A DNA stretch of 62,046 bases. It comes from a virus (taxonomy: Duplodnaviria; Caudoviricetes). The stretch's first letter is position 1, and each line of letters starts with the position of its first letter. Shown here piece after piece: positions 57,511-62,046 of the stretch. The DNA lies in IMG/VR virus record IMGVR_UViG_3300032295_001918, positions 1 through 62,046 of that record, one strand, 5' to 3'. Under the pieces are notes generated by a model. The model was not told the origin of the DNA, made no database searches, and was given only the letters and a program-made list of their open reading frames with translations. The translations under genes were made by a program, and so were the position numbers.

Positions 57511-58170
57511 ATGTCTTTGATAAAAGAAGAATTACACTCCGAATTTAAAAGATACTTAAAATATCTTCTACTCATAGATATTGTAGAAATATTAGAAAAT
57601 GGTCGTGGAATGATAATGCATGCATTCCCTGAAGTTAAATTACAAAAATTAATTTCTTGGTTCAGTCCAATAAAAGACTCAGATACCTATTCGGATGAAG
57701 ATATTAAAAATAAAATAAGCTCGATAGGTTCTCGTCTATATGGTGATGAAAAATTAAAACTATTGTACAAGTCACTAAAGACATTGATAAACACGGGATT
57801 TTCAGAAGAAGATAGAGAACAACGTGAATCTGATGTAAATAAATTGGTTAGAAAAATAAGCATATACATAAAAAATAAGTTAACAGATGCTGATATTGAA
57901 AGTTTAGATACTGTATTTGCTTCTTTAGATAAAACGGCATCGATTGTAACAGCTAAAATAATGTCGGAATTGGATAGGTATATGGAGTTACCAAATTCAC
58001 CCGATGATACTGACAAAAAGCCAAATAAATTAGATGTTGAGAAATCAGAAGAAGATGGAGAAGAGCCGAAAAAAGAAGCACTCCATGATAATTTTTATAA
58101 AAGAAAACTTAAAAAAAAGATTCGTGAAATGATACGAACAGCTATACTCCAAAAAAAATTACGTAAATAA
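57511..58170 (+). CDS. Hypothetical helical protein
   Basis: 219-aa ORF with AGGA RBS; basic C-terminus LKKKIREMIR. Confidence 0.55.
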   Translation: MSLIKEELHSEFKRYLKYLLLIDIVEILENGRGMIMHAFPEVKLQKLISWFSPIKDSDTYSDEDIKNKISSIGSRLYGDEKLKLLYKSLKTLINTGFSEEDREQRESDVNKLVRKISIYIKNKLTDADIESLDTVFASLDKTASIVTAKIMSELDRYMELPNSPDDTDKKPNKLDVEKSEEDGEEPKKEALHDNFYKRKLKKKIREMIRTAILQKKLRK

Positions 58171-58181
58171 TAAAAATAAAA

Positions 58182-58213
58182 TTTGCATATTAAACATTAA
58201 TTTAGTATATTTG
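58182..58213 (+). promoter_or_regulatory. Bacteroidota-type housekeeping promoter (-33 TTTG, -7 TAnnTTTG)
   Basis: TTTG at 58182-58185, 20-nt spacer, TATATTTG at 58206-58213, upstream of SSB. Confidence 0.7.
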
Positions 58214-58284
58214 TAAACATTAACTGTGCATTGAACATTAAGAGTTCAGCATTACACATTATTCATTAAATAAGGAGACTCATT

Positions 58285-59067
58285 ATGGGTATCAACTTGG
58301 ACGCGATTAAAAATCGCTTAAACTCACTAAAAAATTCTAATAACAGAACATCACATATTTGGAGACCTGAACCAGGTGAACACCAAATTCGTATTGTTCC
58401 CTACCAACACAAAGCAGAAAATGCACCATTTATTGAACTGTATTTCCACTACAAGTTGGGTAAACGATCAATTCTATCACCAATCTCATTTGGAAGACCA
58501 GATCCAATCGTAAACTTTGCTGAAAAAATGAAACAGACAGGAGACAAAGAAGATTGGGTTATGGGTAGAAAATTAGAACCCAAAATGAGAACATATGTTC
58601 CTGTAATTGTGCGTGGTTCTGAAAGCGAAGGTGTTAAGTTTTGGGGATTTGGAAAACAATTATATGAAGAATTGTTAGGTTATTTTGCAGACAATGATTA
58701 CGGAGACCTATCTGATGTTGAAACAGGGCGTGACATTGTGGTTACTGTGAAGTCACCCGAAGAGACCGGAAGAGACTATGCTGAAACAAGTATCCGAATC
58801 AAACCAAACCCATCTCCAGTATCATCAAATCCTGATATTGTAGAGAAAATTAAACAACATCCAAACATCACAGAATTATATCCCGAACCATCGTATGATG
58901 AATTAAAAACGTATCTACAAACATATCTTGGTCAATCAGATGACACAGAAGATTTGAATTATACACGTAATTCAAAATCAGAACAAAAAACAGAAAGTAC
59001 ACCAAAATCAACTCCTGACAAAACAGACAGTGGTGACGTAGATGCTGTTTTCGATGATCTTTTTTAA
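58285..59067 (+). CDS. Single-stranded DNA-binding protein (T4 gp32-like)
   Basis: IRIVPY, FIELYFHY, GVKFWGFGK, GRDIVV, acidic tail DVDAVFDDLF; precedes recA. Confidence 0.85.
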   Translation: MGINLDAIKNRLNSLKNSNNRTSHIWRPEPGEHQIRIVPYQHKAENAPFIELYFHYKLGKRSILSPISFGRPDPIVNFAEKMKQTGDKEDWVMGRKLEPKMRTYVPVIVRGSESEGVKFWGFGKQLYEELLGYFADNDYGDLSDVETGRDIVVTVKSPEETGRDYAETSIRIKPNPSPVSSNPDIVEKIKQHPNITELYPEPSYDELKTYLQTYLGQSDDTEDLNYTRNSKSEQKTESTPKSTPDKTDSGDVDAVFDDLF

Positions 59068-59079
59068 TAAGAGGTAAAT

Positions 59080-60225
59080 ATGGCAAAAACAAAAAATGAA
59101 CTATCTGATGAATTGGGTAGTTTAATAGCTGAAACTATAAACAAGGAATTTAAGTCTCAGAATTTAAAAACCGCTTACTTCTTAGAAGGTGATACCGATG
59201 CACCTACTATTGTAAAGGAGTGGGTTAGTACTGGGTCAACTATTTTAGATTTGGCAATATCAAATAGAAAAAATGGTGGATTTCCTGTAGGAAGAGTTTG
59301 TGAGATAACTGGATTGGAACAATCTGGAAAGTCTTTAATAGCTGCTCACGCATTGTTAAGTACTCAGAAAAAAGGTGGATTGGCAGTATACATTGATACT
59401 GAAAATGCTTTATCTTCTGAATATTTAACTGCAATTGGTTTGAACCTAAAGGAAATGATTTATGTTCCATTAGAAACAGTTGAAGATATTTTTGCTACAG
59501 TAGATGTAATCATAGATAAAGTTAGATCTTCTGACAAAGATAGGTTAGTTACTATTGTCATTGATTCAATAGCGGGTGCTTCTACCAAAACAGAAATGTC
59601 TGCTGATTTTGATAAGGACGGTTATGCAACTGCTAAGGCTTTGATTATATCAAAGGCAATGCGTAAGATAACAAATTTGATTGGTAGAGAAAGGATATGT
59701 TTAATCATTACAAATCAATTACGTCAAAAATTAAATGCACCAGCATTCTCTGATCCATGGACTACACCTGGTGGAAAAGGAATCCCATTTCATGCCTCGG
59801 TTCGTCTACGTCTATCATCAATTGGTGCTATTAAATCTAAAGTAGAAGGACATGATCAAGTTGTTGGATCACGTGTTAAGGCTAAGGTAGTCAAGAACAG
59901 AGTTGGGCCACCATTACGTGAGTGTGAGTATGAAATCTATTTCGATTCAGGAATTGATGATTATAGTAGTTGGCTTACTACGATGAAGGAGTACAGCTTA
60001 GTATCTCAGGCTGGTGCTTGGTATTCTTGGACTGATAAGAAGTCTGGAGAAGTGATTAAATTCCAATCGAAAGAATTTGCGGATAAAATTATAAACATTC
60101 CTCAATATAAGGAAACTGTTTATGATGAAATTGCTGATAAAGTAATTATGAAGTATCAGCAGTTGGATAGTGCTAGGATTGACGAAGTGATTTTGTCGGA
60201 CGAGATACCGTTTGACGAGGTTTAA
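59080..60225 (+). CDS. recA: RecA/UvsX recombinase
   Basis: STGSTILDLAI, EITGLEQSGKS (Walker A), YIDTENA, IVIDSIA, NQLRQK, TPGGK, KVVKNRVGPP and AGAWY. Confidence 0.95.
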   Translation: MAKTKNELSDELGSLIAETINKEFKSQNLKTAYFLEGDTDAPTIVKEWVSTGSTILDLAISNRKNGGFPVGRVCEITGLEQSGKSLIAAHALLSTQKKGGLAVYIDTENALSSEYLTAIGLNLKEMIYVPLETVEDIFATVDVIIDKVRSSDKDRLVTIVIDSIAGASTKTEMSADFDKDGYATAKALIISKAMRKITNLIGRERICLIITNQLRQKLNAPAFSDPWTTPGGKGIPFHASVRLRLSSIGAIKSKVEGHDQVVGSRVKAKVVKNRVGPPLRECEYEIYFDSGIDDYSSWLTTMKEYSLVSQAGAWYSWTDKKSGEVIKFQSKEFADKIINIPQYKETVYDEIADKVIMKYQQLDSARIDEVILSDEIPFDEV

Positions 60226-60230
60226 TTGAG

Positions 60231-60269
60231 TGGGGTAAAGATTTTTTTCTTTACCCCATTTATTTTTTT
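60231..60269 (+). terminator. Rho-independent terminator after recA
   Basis: 10-bp stem TGGGGTAAAG / CTTTACCCCA then a T-rich tract. Confidence 0.85.
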
Positions 60270-60271
60270 AC

Positions 60272-60302
60272 TTGGATTTGTCACATTTATTTCGTATATT
60301 TG
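60272..60302 (+). promoter_or_regulatory. Bacteroidota-type housekeeping promoter
   Basis: TTG at 60272-60274, 20-nt spacer, TATATTTG at 60295-60302, upstream of the exonuclease/helicase genes. Confidence 0.65.
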
Positions 60303-60320
60303 TAATCTAATGCATAATAA

Positions 60321-61379
60321 ATGGATTACACCATGATAAAAAAATATCAAAAAATGCTTCAAGAGATTGAAGACGAAAGAATAGATCAAGAATCATTACA
60401 CAGAAACAGTAAAGTATTGATAGTTGATGGCATGAATCTCTTCATAAGAACATTCTCAGCAATACCAACATTAAATGAGGAAGGAGTTCACGTTGGTGGA
60501 TTATCTGGATTTTTATTATCATTAGCATCAACGATACGAATGGTAAATCCAACAAGACTAATAGTAGTTTTTGATGGCAAAGGTGGTTCATACAGACGCA
60601 GACAGATGTATTCAAACTACAAAGAAAAACGTTCTATGAAAAGCAGATTGAATAGAATAGTTGGTTTTGAAAACTTAGAAGACGAACAGGCATCCATAAA
60701 ACATCAATTATTACGTGTATACAAATATTTAGATAATTTGCCCGTCAATATAATATCCATAGACCAAATAGAAGCTGATGATGTAATTGCTTATCTATCA
60801 AGTTATTTGAAAGAAAAGGTTGTGATACTATCAAACGATAGAGATTTTTTACAATTAGTTTCTGACCGAGTCAATGTTTACTTACCAACAAAAAAGAAAA
60901 TGTATACCCCCGAAGCACTATATGAAGAAACTGGAATATGGTGTGAGAATTATATCATTTATAAATCTCTATTAGGTGATAAGAGTGATAATATTGAGGG
61001 TATGAAAGGTATAGGTGTAAAAACAATACATAAAAATTTTCCTATGCTTTCTGAAAAAAGGAGAATTGATTTGGAAATGTTCTCGGAATTTTGTAGATTG
61101 TATGATGGAAATGTAAAATCAATACTAACCCTAAAAGATAATATCAATTTACTTGAAAGAAATCATGCTATTATGCAATTGCATGATGTAGATATATCAC
61201 AATCACATAAATCAAATATACGTAATTTAGTTGATGGTGATATTGATGGTATAAAAAATAGTGAATTGAGTAAACTATACATACAAGATAAATTACATTC
61301 AGTTATACCCAATTGGGATAATTGGTTGAAGAAGAATTTTACATCATTAAACTTGCTTAGGAACAAACATGCAAGATAA
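60321..61379 (+). CDS. 5'-3' exonuclease / flap endonuclease (T4 RNase H-like)
   Basis: LIVDGMNL, VVFDG, YKEKR, EADDVIA, SNDRDFLQL and GDKSDNIEGMKGIGVKT. Confidence 0.93.
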   Translation: MDYTMIKKYQKMLQEIEDERIDQESLHRNSKVLIVDGMNLFIRTFSAIPTLNEEGVHVGGLSGFLLSLASTIRMVNPTRLIVVFDGKGGSYRRRQMYSNYKEKRSMKSRLNRIVGFENLEDEQASIKHQLLRVYKYLDNLPVNIISIDQIEADDVIAYLSSYLKEKVVILSNDRDFLQLVSDRVNVYLPTKKKMYTPEALYEETGIWCENYIIYKSLLGDKSDNIEGMKGIGVKTIHKNFPMLSEKRRIDLEMFSEFCRLYDGNVKSILTLKDNINLLERNHAIMQLHDVDISQSHKSNIRNLVDGDIDGIKNSELSKLYIQDKLHSVIPNWDNWLKKNFTSLNLLRNKHAR

Positions 61380-62046
61380 TTTGGCAGATTATGGTCATGT
61401 ATTTCAATCAAAAGTTATTACTACACTTCTATCTGATAAGTCATTTTTACAACAAGTATCTGATATATTAGAACCATATTATTTTGAATCACAAGCCAAT
61501 TCTTGGCTTGTAGAAAAGATTATATCATACTACAACAAATATAAAAGCACACCAACAGCTGAAGTATTGAAAACTGAAGTACTTTCAATAGAAGATACTG
61601 TATTAAAATCATCGGTCACTAAAGTACTTATTGAAATGAAAACTCACAAAAATTCTACGGATTTGGAATACATAAAGTCCGCGGTTTTACAATTCTGTAA
61701 AAACCAAAGAATGAAGGGTGCAATTTTAGATTCGGTTGATTTATTGAAATCTGGAAACTTTGATTTAATCAAAAAGAAAATAGATACTGCAATGAAAGCT
61801 GGTGCTGATAAGGACATCGGACATGAATATAAAATAGATATTCAAGCTCGTTATGCAGAAGGCTCACGTGAATGTGTGTCTACTGGATGGTCTGTAATAG
61901 ATGATGTTATGAACGGTGGTCTTGCGGGAGGAGAATTGGGAATTATTGTTGCTCCTGCGGGTATAGGTAAAAGTTGGGCATTGGTTAGTATAGCAGCAAA
62001 TGCGGTTAAGTCTGGAAAAACTGTAATTTATTATACATTAGAATTA
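61369..62046 (+). CDS. Replicative DnaB/gp41-like helicase, 3'-truncated by the window edge
   Basis: Absent from the ORF track because no stop lies in the window. ATG 61369 gives MQDNLADYGHVFQSKV...STGWSVIDDVMNGGLAGGELGIIVAPAGIGKSW...YYTLEL. Confidence 0.9.
   Translation, partial: MQDNLADYGHVFQSKVITTLLSDKSFLQQVSDILEPYYFESQANSWLVEKIISYYNKYKSTPTAEVLKTEVLSIEDTVLKSSVTKVLIEMKTHKNSTDLEYIKSAVLQFCKNQRMKGAILDSVDLLKSGNFDLIKKKIDTAMKAGADKDIGHEYKIDIQARYAEGSRECVSTGWSVIDDVMNGGLAGGELGIIVAPAGIGKSWALVSIAANAVKSGKTVIYYTLEL

Noticed and set aside
1-62046. Stop-codon reassignment, as seen in some large phages
   Set aside because: Core genes are full length in the standard code with dense packing, and TAA, TAG and TGA all end genes at sensible positions.
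1-62046. tRNA or rRNA genes
   Set aside because: Intergenic gaps are short and AT-rich with no cloverleaf or T-loop signature visible by eye; tRNAscan was not run.

Overview
An AT-rich 62-kb segment of a large T4-like (myovirus-type) bacteriophage, with all credible genes on the + strand. It opens with a tail-fibre/adhesin module: a Gly-X-Y/Gly-rich fibre, a 1430-aa RCC1-repeat protein, two glycosyltransferase-like genes, a methyltransferase and a fibre chaperone. Next come small basic or membrane proteins and the head module (terminase, portal, prohead protease, ribosomal protein bS21, scaffold, major capsid). A TM-GAF holin candidate, PhoH and the neck/tail/baseplate module follow: sheath, tube, an inserted rfbB, a chaperone pair, tape measure, a 3136-aa repeat protein, a LysM-like protein and a hub. 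The window ends with replication genes (small family-A polymerase, gp32-like SSB, RecA/UvsX, 5'-3' exonuclease, partial DnaB-like helicase). Main leads: (1) Bacteroidota-type promoters coexist with strong Shine-Dalgarno sites and a phage bS21, a possible ribosome-retuning system; (2) a recurrent ATATTTAT(A) late-promoter candidate, twice embedded in terminator hairpins; (3) a probable +1/-2 frameshift in the tail chaperone; (4) a giant baseplate protein with 17 unrecognised GFH repeats and an OmpA-like domain; (5) a possible virion-glycosylation system; (6) a 7-nt-phased CATT leader on the SSB gene. All calls come from reading motifs and gene order by eye; no database searches were run.
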